This document shows, one piece after another, positions 30,350 to 39,599 of a DNA stretch of 53,765 nt. The stretch is from Lysobacterales bacterium (GTDB lineage Bacteria > Pseudomonadota > Gammaproteobacteria > Xanthomonadales > SZUA-36), in NCBI GenBank assembly GCA_026196445.1, contig JAPHTE010000293.1, positions 1 through 53,765 of the forward strand. The letters run 5' to 3'. The position numbers were made by a program, and so were the translations under genes. The notes below the pieces were generated by a model. The model was not told where the DNA came from. It did no database searches and was given only the letters and a program-made list of their open reading frames with translations. Numbering within the stretch: the stretch's first letter is position 1; every line of letters starts with the position of its first letter.

Positions 30350-31435
30350 TTGGCACGGAAAAGGAATGGGGGAGTCTTGAAACTGTTTGGAAATAAAACA
30401 GATCCAGTGATCGGACTGGATATAGGCTCGACAAGTGTACGTTTGATACAGTTGTCCAGTCACGGGTCCGGATACCAGATTGACCACTTCGCCATTGAAC
30501 CGCTCAATGAAGGCGCGGTGGTCGATAAGGCTGTACAGGATGTAGAAGCTACCTCAAACGCCATTTCGAGGGCAGTAAGCGCTTCTGGCACACGTGCCAA
30601 GTCCTGTGCAATCGCGGTTTCCGGTTCAGCCGTTTTCACCAAGATCATCAGCTTGCCGGCAGACCTTGCCGAGGCGGATATCGAAAGCCAGGTGCAAATC
30701 GAGGCCAACCAGTATATTCCTTACCCGCTTGACGAGGTCAGCCTAGATTTCGAAGTGCTGGGACCATCGGCACGCAACGCGGACCTGATGGATATCTTGT
30801 TGGCTGCCAGCAAGAGCGAGAATATCGAAAGCCGGCAAGATGCAATCGACGTTGCAGGACTGAAGGCAAAGGTGGTCGATGTGGAGGCCTTCGCCATTGC
30901 CAATGCTTTCGAGTTGATCCGCAAGCGGGATGGGATCAAGCGCAGTGAAGCGGTTGGGTTTTTCGATATCGGTTACGACATGACGACCTTGCTGGTTATC
31001 AAGGGCGGCCGGGTGATCTACACCCGTGATCACCCGTTTGGAGGTCACCAGCTTCTGGAAGAAACACAGCGGCGCTACGATATGACCGCTGAACAGGCCG
31101 GTTTTTTCGAGCGTAACGAGGAGGGGCCGGAAGATTTCGAAGAAGAAGTGCTCGAGCCCTTCCAGCTGAACGTCGTGCACCAAATCAGCCGTGCCCTGCA
31201 GTTCTTCGCTTCCAGTAATGAATATACCAATATCGGCACGATATACCTGTCCGGTGGAGTGGCTTCACTGAAAGGTTTGGACGCCATGGCGCAACAGGAA
31301 CTCGGCATGACGACGCGGGTTGCCGATCCCATTACCGGGCTGGATATCGCCAAAAATGTGGCTGTGACTGCGTTAAAACGCAATACGACCAACCTGATGA
31401 TAGCCATGGGATTGGCTTTGAGAGGGTTTGACTAA
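30350..31435 (+). CDS. pilM: Type IV pilus assembly ATPase-fold (actin-like) protein PilM
   Basis: Colinear with P. aeruginosa PilM (IGLDIGSTSVRLIQLS, AVSGSAVFTKII, IEANQYIPYPLDEVSLDFEVLG, KVVDVEAFA, FGGHQLLEETQRRY, MIAMGLALRGFD). There is no ATG. Candidate TTG starts are at 30350 and at 30377, the latter preceded by AAGGAATGGGGGAG. Confidence 0.92.
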   Translation: MARKRNGGVLKLFGNKTDPVIGLDIGSTSVRLIQLSSHGSGYQIDHFAIEPLNEGAVVDKAVQDVEATSNAISRAVSASGTRAKSCAIAVSGSAVFTKIISLPADLAEADIESQVQIEANQYIPYPLDEVSLDFEVLGPSARNADLMDILLAASKSENIESRQDAIDVAGLKAKVVDVEAFAIANAFELIRKRDGIKRSEAVGFFDIGYDMTTLLVIKGGRVIYTRDHPFGGHQLLEETQRRYDMTAEQAGFFERNEEGPEDFEEEVLEPFQLNVVHQISRALQFFASSNEYTNIGTIYLSGGVASLKGLDAMAQQELGMTTRVADPITGLDIAKNVAVTALKRNTTNLMIAMGLALRGFD

Positions 31436-32040
31436 TGGCCAGAATCAATCTACTGCCGTGGCGCGAGGAACAACGCCAGGAGCGGCAACGCCAATTCCTG
31501 GTGACCTTGCTGATGACGGCGATCCTGGGAGTGGTACTGGTGTTCCTGATCGGCTCGGTATTTCAGCAGCGGATACACCACCAGCAATTCAGAAATGACC
31601 TGATCAAGAAAGAAATCGCCCAGCTGGAAGTGCGTATCAGGAAAATCAACGAATTGGAACGCACACGGGCCCGCCTGATTTCCCGCAAGCAGGTCATTGA
31701 GCGTCTGCAGGCCAGTCGTTCCACGACCGTTGAATTGCTGGACAAGCTGGCGAAATCCATTCCAGTGGGTGTTACGCTCTCTTCCGTGAGGCAGCAGGGA
31801 CCCCAGCTGACATTGTTGGGTAACAGCCAATCCAACGCCCGGGTCTCGGCTTACCTTAGGGAGCTGGAAATGAATGATCTGTTCCTGGACCCGCAATTGG
31901 ATTTTGTCAGGTCGTCAGCCAATCCGGTTACCGATGTGGAACCCTACGAGTTCAGCATCAAGGTCAAGCTACGGCCGCCAAAGTCAGCGGACGAGGAACA
32001 AGGCTACGATAATCCGGCGGGTCAGGGAGGCGTACGATGA
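31435..32040 (+). CDS. pilN: Type IV pilus inner-membrane alignment protein PilN
   Basis: 201 aa beginning MARINLLPWREEQRQERQRQF, followed by a single TM helix and a coiled coil. It has a TAATG overlap with pilM. Confidence 0.92.
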   Translation: MARINLLPWREEQRQERQRQFLVTLLMTAILGVVLVFLIGSVFQQRIHHQQFRNDLIKKEIAQLEVRIRKINELERTRARLISRKQVIERLQASRSTTVELLDKLAKSIPVGVTLSSVRQQGPQLTLLGNSQSNARVSAYLRELEMNDLFLDPQLDFVRSSANPVTDVEPYEFSIKVKLRPPKSADEEQGYDNPAGQGGVR

Positions 32041-32681
32041 TTTTTGACGACCTCAGAAACGCTGACTTCTCGGATATTGGCAGCTCGCCGGCATCGGTGC
32101 GGTATTTCCTGCTCGCAGTCTTGTTGATTTTGATCCTGGTGGCCGGGTACTTTTTGTTCATCGACGACAAGAAGATCGAACTGGAGCAGGAAAAACAGCA
32201 GGAATTGGCCCTGAGGGCCGATTTTGAATTCAAGCAGCAGAAAGCAGCCAACCTGGAAGCCTATGAACAGCAGTTGGCGGAAATGCAGGAACTGTTACAG
32301 ACCATGTTCAGGCAACTGCCCAGCAAGACTGAAATGGACAAGCTGTTGGTGGATGTTTCACAAACGGCACTCGCCGCAGGTATCGATGTTCAGTTATTTG
32401 AGCCGCAGGCGGAAGTGTTCCAGGATTTCTATGCAGAACGTCCAATCGCCATTCGGATGCTCGGTGACTACCACGAATTCGGTGAATTTGTCAGTGGAGT
32501 GGCCGGTTTGCCGAGGGTGGTAATCCTGACGATGCATGATATTTCCATGAAACGGGCGTCTGCCAACCAGAGCCGCTACGGCGACTCGGAGGGGCGTTTG
32601 ATCCTCGAAGGACGGGTTAAGACCTACCGTTATGTGGATGAAGAAGAAGTCGCCCAGAGGGCAGCGGAGCAAGCACCATGA
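32037..32681 (+). CDS. pilO: Type IV pilus inner-membrane alignment protein PilO
   Basis: 214 aa with a TM helix, a coiled coil, and the conserved ...FYAERPIAIRMLGDYHEFGEFVSGVAGLPRVVIL. It overlaps pilN by 4 nt. Confidence 0.9.
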   Translation: MIFDDLRNADFSDIGSSPASVRYFLLAVLLILILVAGYFLFIDDKKIELEQEKQQELALRADFEFKQQKAANLEAYEQQLAEMQELLQTMFRQLPSKTEMDKLLVDVSQTALAAGIDVQLFEPQAEVFQDFYAERPIAIRMLGDYHEFGEFVSGVAGLPRVVILTMHDISMKRASANQSRYGDSEGRLILEGRVKTYRYVDEEEVAQRAAEQAP

Positions 32682-33217
32682 AACGTCTTGGCAAACAGGT
32701 GAAACTCGTTGCTGGTGCGCTAATGGCGGCCGTGATGTTATCGGCGTGCAGCGAGGATGTCGGTGATCTGGAGAAATATATCGCAACGGTCAAGGAAAGA
32801 CCGGCGCAACCCATTCCACCCATTCCACCGGTAAAAACATACACACCCTATGCATACGAGGGTTTGACGGGGCGCGATCCGTTCCGGCAATCGATCTCTG
32901 AGGGCAGCGATGACGTTCGCTCAAGCACGGGCACGGGGCCGCAGCCGGACTTCGAGCGTCCCAAGCAATACCTGGAACGTTACGAGCTCGACACGCTCGC
33001 GATGGTGGGTACATTTGGTAAGGGAGAATCTTACTGGGCCCTGATTCGCGACCCCGAGGGCGTTATTCACCGTGTCCCGGTTGGGGACTACATGGGTAAG
33101 AACCATGGACAGGTGGTCGACATTAGTAATACAGAAGTAAATTTGAGTGAATTGATTTCGGATGGCGCAGGCGGCTGGTTAGTCAGGGAAGCCTCTATCG
33201 CCTTGGGTGAAGGATAA
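32678..33217 (+). CDS. pilP: Type IV pilus lipoprotein PilP
   Basis: 179 aa with a lipobox (MLSAC) and a Pro-rich linker, then DPFRQ and a beta-domain (LDTLAMVGTFGKGESYWALIRDPEGVIHRVPVGDYMGKNHGQVVDI). It overlaps pilO by 4 nt. Confidence 0.9.
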   Translation: MKRLGKQVKLVAGALMAAVMLSACSEDVGDLEKYIATVKERPAQPIPPIPPVKTYTPYAYEGLTGRDPFRQSISEGSDDVRSSTGTGPQPDFERPKQYLERYELDTLAMVGTFGKGESYWALIRDPEGVIHRVPVGDYMGKNHGQVVDISNTEVNLSELISDGAGGWLVREASIALGEG

Positions 33218-33319
33218 TCCGGTTAGCGCACGGAGCAGAGCGATTTTGAGGGTACAGCCATGTACAGCACACATGATTTTAACTTGAAACGGATACTGAC
33301 CGGCAGGTGGGAACAGTTT

Positions 33320-35437
33320 ATGGATAGCAAAAAGACGGGAATTCGTTTGGGTCTTGGATTGGCGTTGCTGGTACTTCCGGCACTAACCGCGTGGGCGTCG
33401 AGCGACGTAACCGCGGTGGATTTTCGTAATAATGCCGAAGGTGATATTGTCATCAGCCTGTCGACCACCGGTGATGACCCTACGGTCAGTGTATTTGCAA
33501 CCGAAAGCCCCGCGCGGATCATCCTGGACCTTGCGGACACCAGTAGCAGGATCGACGCGGCCCCGGTTTCAGTAGGCATCGGTCCGGTACAAAAATATAC
33601 GACGCTGGCCGCTGGTGGCAGGACACGGTTGATGGTGGACCTTTCCAGACTCGTGGCCTACGACTACCAGTCCGGTAACGGCCAGGTCGTATTATCTATT
33701 GACGGGGGCGGCGAGCCCTCAACGGTTCCCAGAAGCCACGGCACCGCAAAATACACGCTGGAAAACGTTGACTTCAGGCGTGGTGACGATGGACAGAGCA
33801 AGGTAATACTCAGCCTTGACAGGGAAGACGCGAATATTTCCGTCAACTCACGGGAAGGTGGTCTGTCCGTCGATATATTCGATACCAACCTGCCGGAATC
33901 TTTGAACCAGCGTCTCGACGTGATGGATTTTGCGACGCCCGTGCAGGTTATTGATACCGGCAAGATGGGCAGTGCTGTTCGTGTGGAACTGGAAGTTGCC
34001 GGTTTGTACGAACACATGGCATACCAGTCGGGCAGCGACTGGGTGATCGAGGTGTCAGAGCTGACGGCCACAGCCGTCGGCGCGTCAGAGAACGTCGTCG
34101 AATTTTACGAGGACAAGGAGTACACCGGCGCACGCGTTACCTTCAACTTCCAGGATATCCCCGTACGTTCAGTCTTGCAGCTGATCGCCGATGTGTCAGA
34201 TCTGAACATCGTCGTTGCCGATAATGTCGGCGGCAACCTGACCCTGCGCTTGACCAACGTACCCTGGGACCAGGCACTGGATATCGTGCTGGATGCCCGT
34301 AACCTCGACATGCGTGAAAACGGCAACGTGATCTGGATCGCACCGACCGCTGATATCGCGGCCCGTGAGCAACAGTTGTTGCAGGCCTTGCAGGACCGCA
34401 AGGAACTGGAACCCCTGGCGACCGCCCTGATCAGCGTCAGTTATGCGAATGCTGCGGATTTGCAGACCCTGATCACCGAAGCATCGCGGGGTGAAGACAG
34501 TGATGCCGGCCTGTTGTCCGACCGTGGTTCAGTGGCCATTGATTCGCGGACCAATACGCTGATGGTCACCGACACACCGGACCGGATTGAGGCGATCCAG
34601 AAACTGGTCCTTGATCTCGACCGCCCCGTGCGCCAGGTGCAGATCGAGTCACGTATCGTCGTGGCCAGCAGTGATTTCAGCCACGAACTGGGTGTCCGTT
34701 TTGGTGTCACGGCCTGGCACGACAAGCGGAACTTCCTCGGAATCGCCGGCGATGGTGACGGGGCCAATACGCTTAATCCTTACATTGAGCCGATCCCGGG
34801 CGAGGGGTTTAGCTATGTACTACCTGGAATTCCGCAACGCTACAACGTCAACCTGCCGGCCGCGAGTCAAAACGCCGGCACCCTGGGTGTATCTTTCCTG
34901 GCCGGAAACGTATTGCTCGATCTGGAATTGTCAGCCCTGGAAGCAGAGGGTGACGGCGAGGTGATTTCGACGCCACGTGTCATCACTGCCAATCAGTCCG
35001 AGGCATTTATCCAGCAGGGTGTGGAAATACCTTACGAGCAGGCCGCTTCCTCGGGTGCCACCGCGGTGCAGTTCAAGGAGGCGGTACTGGAATTGCGCGC
35101 CACGCCGCTGATTACACCGGACAACCGCATCCAGCTTGAACTCGAGATCAAGCAGGACACCGTCGGTGAGATTTTCCAGACTGGCCGTGGCGGCTCGGTG
35201 CCATCCATCGATACGCGTGAACTGGCAACCTCGGTGCTGGTCAACAATGGTGAAACGGTCGTACTGGGCGGTATCTTCCAGGACGAGCGCAACCGGAGTC
35301 AGGACAGGGTGCCTTATTTGAGCAGTATCCCGGTACTTGGAAACCTGTTCAAACGCCGTTCGAACGAGAACAAGAAACGCGAACTGTTGATTTTCGTCAC
35401 ACCGACGATCGTGGAAGAACGTCCAGTCGTGAATTGA
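33320..35437 (+). CDS. pilQ: Type IV pilus secretin PilQ
   Basis: AMIN domains, NFQDIPVRSVLQLIADVSDLNIVVADNVGGNLTLRLTNVPWDQALDIVL, and a secretin C-domain (VISTPRVITANQSEAFIQQGVEIPY...VPYLSSIPVLGNLFKRRSNENKKRELLIFVTP). The ATG at 33320 gives a normal signal peptide (MDSKKTGIRLGLGLALLVLPALTAWA). The track ORF starts 20 codons earlier, at 33260. Confidence 0.93.
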   Translation: MDSKKTGIRLGLGLALLVLPALTAWASSDVTAVDFRNNAEGDIVISLSTTGDDPTVSVFATESPARIILDLADTSSRIDAAPVSVGIGPVQKYTTLAAGGRTRLMVDLSRLVAYDYQSGNGQVVLSIDGGGEPSTVPRSHGTAKYTLENVDFRRGDDGQSKVILSLDREDANISVNSREGGLSVDIFDTNLPESLNQRLDVMDFATPVQVIDTGKMGSAVRVELEVAGLYEHMAYQSGSDWVIEVSELTATAVGASENVVEFYEDKEYTGARVTFNFQDIPVRSVLQLIADVSDLNIVVADNVGGNLTLRLTNVPWDQALDIVLDARNLDMRENGNVIWIAPTADIAAREQQLLQALQDRKELEPLATALISVSYANAADLQTLITEASRGEDSDAGLLSDRGSVAIDSRTNTLMVTDTPDRIEAIQKLVLDLDRPVRQVQIESRIVVASSDFSHELGVRFGVTAWHDKRNFLGIAGDGDGANTLNPYIEPIPGEGFSYVLPGIPQRYNVNLPAASQNAGTLGVSFLAGNVLLDLELSALEAEGDGEVISTPRVITANQSEAFIQQGVEIPYEQAASSGATAVQFKEAVLELRATPLITPDNRIQLELEIKQDTVGEIFQTGRGGSVPSIDTRELATSVLVNNGETVVLGGIFQDERNRSQDRVPYLSSIPVLGNLFKRRSNENKKRELLIFVTPTIVEERPVVN

Positions 35438-35457
35438 TTTTATACAGCCATGAAGTG

Positions 35458-35486
35458 AAAAGCCCGGGTTGATCCCGGGCTTTTTT
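35458..35486. terminator. Bidirectional Rho-independent terminator shared by pilQ (+) and the SixA-like gene (-)
   Basis: AAAAGCCCGGG-TTGAT-CCCGGGCTTTTTT. The A-run before the stem and the T-run after it allow termination in both directions. Confidence 0.85.
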
Positions 35487-35988
35487 ATGCAGCCAGGTCT
35501 TTGCCTTTTGTCAGATGTTGCAGACAACCATTGCCCGGTACACCTTTGAAGCCGGCAGGAAAACCGATTACTGCAAGCGTCCCGGTGGCCATTTTCTTGA
35601 CTTCGGCAGCATGGTCAACCTGTAGCAGTTTGAGCAACAGATATTCGAAGCCCGGGTTATGACCCACCATCAGTACGCGTTGGCTGTAGCTGAAGGCATC
35701 CACGGCCAGGGTCAGCAACATGTCTGTCGAGGCACCGTATATCGAATCGACGTAATCGGTGGCGGACAGCAGTTGTGGCCACTTTGCCAACAACGGCGCG
35801 AGCGTTTCCCGCGTGCGCTTGGCCGGTGAGCACAACACGGTGTCGGGCGGGTCCAGCGTATCGACTGCCCATGACGACAGCGCTTGTGCGTGGCGTTTGC
35901 CCTTGTCACTCAACGGCCTGGAAAAATCATTACCCAGCGGGCTCCATGGCTCGGCCTTGGCATGGCGCAGTAGATAGAGTTGTTGCAT
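35485..35988 (-). CDS. Histidine phosphatase superfamily protein, SixA-like phosphohistidine phosphatase
   Basis: 167 aa with LYLLRHAKAE (the RHG-type catalytic motif), LSDKGKRHA, CSPAKRTRET, and MVGHNPG. Confidence 0.8.
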   Translation of the reverse strand: MQQLYLLRHAKAEPWSPLGNDFSRPLSDKGKRHAQALSSWAVDTLDPPDTVLCSPAKRTRETLAPLLAKWPQLLSATDYVDSIYGASTDMLLTLAVDAFSYSQRVLMVGHNPGFEYLLLKLLQVDHAAEVKKMATGTLAVIGFPAGFKGVPGNGCLQHLTKGKDLAA

Positions 35989-36289
35989 GGTACGCTAGCT
36001 CCGTAAAGCGGTCAGTCAAATTGAGTTGGCCAGAAGCTCTGAACTCACGGGATTAGTACAAATGGCACCCTGGATACGCGCTCGGGCAGCGAGCTTACCA
36101 GTAAAGGTGGGCGTAGGGTCTGCAGTGACGCGATTCATCGGCATATAATACCCGCGTGGTGTAAGGCGTTAAAGCCACCTCCCAGTTCACGTGGACCCAT
36201 GACCAGCGCAGTAAGCTGGAAGTTGCAGGGAAAGTAGTATTCGGGTAAACGGCCGCCGATTGGTAAATATTTAATCAAGGAACAGATTT

Positions 36290-38929
36290 ATGAAAGAAGG
36301 CATAGCCTCCGACGCAAAATATCGCAATGACTACACGGCTTACCCCTGGGATATCAGCCACCTCGAGTTGCATTTTGACATTGCCGCAAAGACCACCATT
36401 GTGACAGCGGAAATGGAATACCTGCTAAAGGATTCCGCCGCAGATTCCGCTGACCTCGTATTGAACGGCAGTGGGTTGAAAACGCTGGACATCGAGCTCA
36501 ATGGCAAAATGTTGGCCGCCGATGACTATGTCATCGAGGGTGAGTCCCTGACGATTTCCAGCGCACCCCGCAGGAGCGTGCTCAAAACCAAAGTAGAAAT
36601 CCATCCCGGGGCCAATTCCGCGCTGGAAGGCCTGTATGTTTCCGGAGACTTCCTTTTAACGCAGTGCGAAGCACAGGGGTTCAGGAAGATCACCTGGTTT
36701 CCGGATCGCCCTGACGTCATGACAAGTTACCAAGTGACCCTGGAAGGGGAAAAGAGCGCATTCCCGGTTTTGCTATGTAATGGAAACCAGGTGGGCAGCG
36801 GAGATTCGGCGGGTGGGCGTCACTGGGTTTGCTGGCAGGACCCCTACCCGAAACCGTCCTACCTGTTTGCGCTGGTTGCGGGCAACCTGGCACTGGTAGA
36901 AGACCGTTTCAAGACCCGCAGCGGTCGCGATGTCAGACTCAGGATTTACGTGGAGAAAGAGAACCTGGACCGTTGCGAACACGCCATGCAGTCGCTGATA
37001 AACGCGATGCGGTGGGATGAAGACCGTTTCGGCCTCGAGTATGACCTGGACATCTACCATATTGTCGCCACCAACGATTTCAACATGGGGGCAATGGAAA
37101 ACAAATCACTGAATATCTTCAACTCCAAGTATGTCCTGGCGCGGCCGGATACGGCCACCGATTCCGACTACCAGGGCATTGAAGGCGTCATCGGTCATGA
37201 GTATTTCCACAATTGGACCGGCAACCGCGTCACCTGCCGGGACTGGTTCCAGTTAACGCTGAAGGAAGGCTTGACGGTGTTCCGGGATGAAGAGTTTTCA
37301 GCCGATATGCAGTCCCGTGCGGTTAAACGCATCCAGGATATTCGTGACCTGCGCAGCCGGCAGTTTCCCGAAGATGACGGTCCGATGGCGCACCCGATAC
37401 GTCCCGACAAGTATGTCGAGATCAATAATTTCTATACCGCCACGGTCTATCAAAAAGGCGCGGCAATCATCCGCATGTATCACACGCTGCTGGGCGAGGA
37501 CGGTTTCCAGAAAGGTATGCGCTTATATTTTGAACGCCACGACGGCGAGGCCGTCACCTGTGATGATTTTCTCGCTGCGATGGCGGACGCCAACCAGCGC
37601 GACCTGAAACGTTTCGGGCGCTGGTACGCCCAATCCGGAACGCCGCGGGTACACGTCAGCGATCACTATGACGCAACCGGGCAGACATACACCCTGACAG
37701 TCAGGCAACATACGCCGGAGACACCCGACCAGCAAGAAAAGCAGGCCCTGGTCTTGCCGTTTGCACTGGGTTTGCTGGATAGCAATGGTACCGAGTTGGC
37801 CGTGCAGCTTGCCGGGGAGACAGGTATCGCCATCGGCACCCGTTTGTTCGTAGTGGACGAGGAAAAACAGGAATTTACCTTTACCGGTCTTGCGGAGAAA
37901 CCGGTGCCTTCCCTGTTCAGGGATTTTTCAGCCCCGGTTAAAATTCACTTCGATTACACACCGGAACAACTGGCCATATTGATCGCTCACGACAGCGATG
38001 CGTTTACACGCTGGAATGCGGCGCAACTCATGGCGCAAAACGCCATCCTGGAGCAATGCCGCCGGGCTGCCGAGGGGCTGGGCATGGTTCTGGAGGCGTC
38101 ACTCGTCAAAGCCTGGAGGGGGGTGCTGTCGGATTACGATGCCGACCCGGCCCTGCTGGCGGAAACCCTGAAATTGCCTGGTGAAGAGTACCTGGCCGAC
38201 CAGATGGATGTGGTCGATGTCGATGGCATCCATCGGGCCAGGAATTTCATCAAGCAGGGACTGGCGCGGGAACTGGAAGACCTGTTCGGCCGGCGCTACG
38301 CTGAATTGAATGACGGCCGGGCGTACTGCAAATCAGCATCAGCGGTGTCCCGCCGAAGTTTGAAAAACACTTGCCTGGCATTCCTGTTAGAAACAGAAAA
38401 TGGTGAGTCTTTGGCGGCTGCCCAGTTGCAAGCCAGTGACAACATGACCGATACACTGGCTGCCATCCAGGGCCTGGTGCTAAGTGGCTCGGCCAAGGCC
38501 GCGACGGCCCTGTCCGGGTTTGAAGATACGTGGGGAAGCGATGCCCTGGTGATGGATAAGTGGTTCATGATGCAGGCAGTAAAACCGGGTGGTGAGACCC
38601 TGGAAACGGTACGTAAACTGATGGAACACGCGGCGTTCAGTATCAGGAATCCGAATAAGGTCAGGGCCCTGATCGGCGTGTTCTCGATGTTGAACCCGAC
38701 CGGTTTCCACGCACCCGATGGTTCAGGTTACGCGTTCCTGGCGGATTGCGTGATCGAGCTGGATGGTTTGAACCCGCAGGTTGCCGCCAGGATGGCAACG
38801 GCCTTCAATCGCTGGAAACGTTATGATGATGGCCGCAAGGCAATGATGAGACGAGAGTTGCAACGTATTGCGAGCAAACAGGGTCTGTCAGGTGATGTCG
38901 CCGAGATCGTCAAGAACGCACTGGCTTGA
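36290..38929 (+). CDS. pepN: Aminopeptidase N (M1 family)
   Basis: 879 aa with GAMENKSLNIFN, the zinc motif HEYFHNWTGNRVT...WFQLTLKEGLTVF, and the C-terminal ERAP1-like/DUF3458 region. Confidence 0.96.
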   Translation: MKEGIASDAKYRNDYTAYPWDISHLELHFDIAAKTTIVTAEMEYLLKDSAADSADLVLNGSGLKTLDIELNGKMLAADDYVIEGESLTISSAPRRSVLKTKVEIHPGANSALEGLYVSGDFLLTQCEAQGFRKITWFPDRPDVMTSYQVTLEGEKSAFPVLLCNGNQVGSGDSAGGRHWVCWQDPYPKPSYLFALVAGNLALVEDRFKTRSGRDVRLRIYVEKENLDRCEHAMQSLINAMRWDEDRFGLEYDLDIYHIVATNDFNMGAMENKSLNIFNSKYVLARPDTATDSDYQGIEGVIGHEYFHNWTGNRVTCRDWFQLTLKEGLTVFRDEEFSADMQSRAVKRIQDIRDLRSRQFPEDDGPMAHPIRPDKYVEINNFYTATVYQKGAAIIRMYHTLLGEDGFQKGMRLYFERHDGEAVTCDDFLAAMADANQRDLKRFGRWYAQSGTPRVHVSDHYDATGQTYTLTVRQHTPETPDQQEKQALVLPFALGLLDSNGTELAVQLAGETGIAIGTRLFVVDEEKQEFTFTGLAEKPVPSLFRDFSAPVKIHFDYTPEQLAILIAHDSDAFTRWNAAQLMAQNAILEQCRRAAEGLGMVLEASLVKAWRGVLSDYDADPALLAETLKLPGEEYLADQMDVVDVDGIHRARNFIKQGLARELEDLFGRRYAELNDGRAYCKSASAVSRRSLKNTCLAFLLETENGESLAAAQLQASDNMTDTLAAIQGLVLSGSAKAATALSGFEDTWGSDALVMDKWFMMQAVKPGGETLETVRKLMEHAAFSIRNPNKVRALIGVFSMLNPTGFHAPDGSGYAFLADCVIELDGLNPQVAARMATAFNRWKRYDDGRKAMMRRELQRIASKQGLSGDVAEIVKNALA

Positions 38930-39034
38930 GCACCATTATTTTTTGAAGAAAAATCTTCAGAATACATGCTGCAGTCAGGATACCTGCGTGGCTGCTGGCA
39001 GCCTGGACACATGGCGTGGGGATGGAACAACACG

Positions 39035-39424
39035 ATGATGAAATCACTACCCGGTTTTTTATGCATATTGGTCTTGGTGGCCTGCGCCGGCGCCAGGCCG
39101 GAAGTGCCTTCGCTGCAGATCGATGGCATGCTGATCCGTAACCAGACGCAAACGTGGGTTTCGGCAGTGCGTGTATTGCTGCCTGCCAGCGGCGGTTTTG
39201 TTTCCTGCGGAAACATCGCACCCGGCTCCATGTGTTCGACGGGATTCCCACAAACTGCTTACGCCGGTGAATCGCTGGAGATTACCTGGAGCCAGGAGGG
39301 ACAGATCCATTCCACCGGGCCGTTCGACATGCAACTGCCCGATGACCTGGACAGCAAACGACCAGCGTCGGTGAGCGTCGTGATCGCGGCGCCCGGCTCG
39401 GCAGGGGCCATCATCATCCAGTAG
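39035..39424 (+). CDS. Hypothetical small lipoprotein
   Basis: Start placed at the ATG at 39035 (MMKSLPGFLCILVLVAC), which gives a signal peptide plus lipobox. I recognise no domain. The track ORF begins at 38966. Confidence 0.55.
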   Translation: MMKSLPGFLCILVLVACAGARPEVPSLQIDGMLIRNQTQTWVSAVRVLLPASGGFVSCGNIAPGSMCSTGFPQTAYAGESLEITWSQEGQIHSTGPFDMQLPDDLDSKRPASVSVVIAAPGSAGAIIIQ

Positions 39425-39599
39425 CAGTGGCAAAAAGCTGAAAACCGGCCGTGGTTGGTATACCCTGATCATTACTGCGGTTTTGAGCGTAGCGCCAGTA
39501 AGCCCTGCAGTCGCCTCCATTCAGCGTGGATTCAACTGTGTTTTGCTACGCTTATCGCCAAGGTGTCATTCTGCCGCTTGATCCGGCACTGGAGCACGT

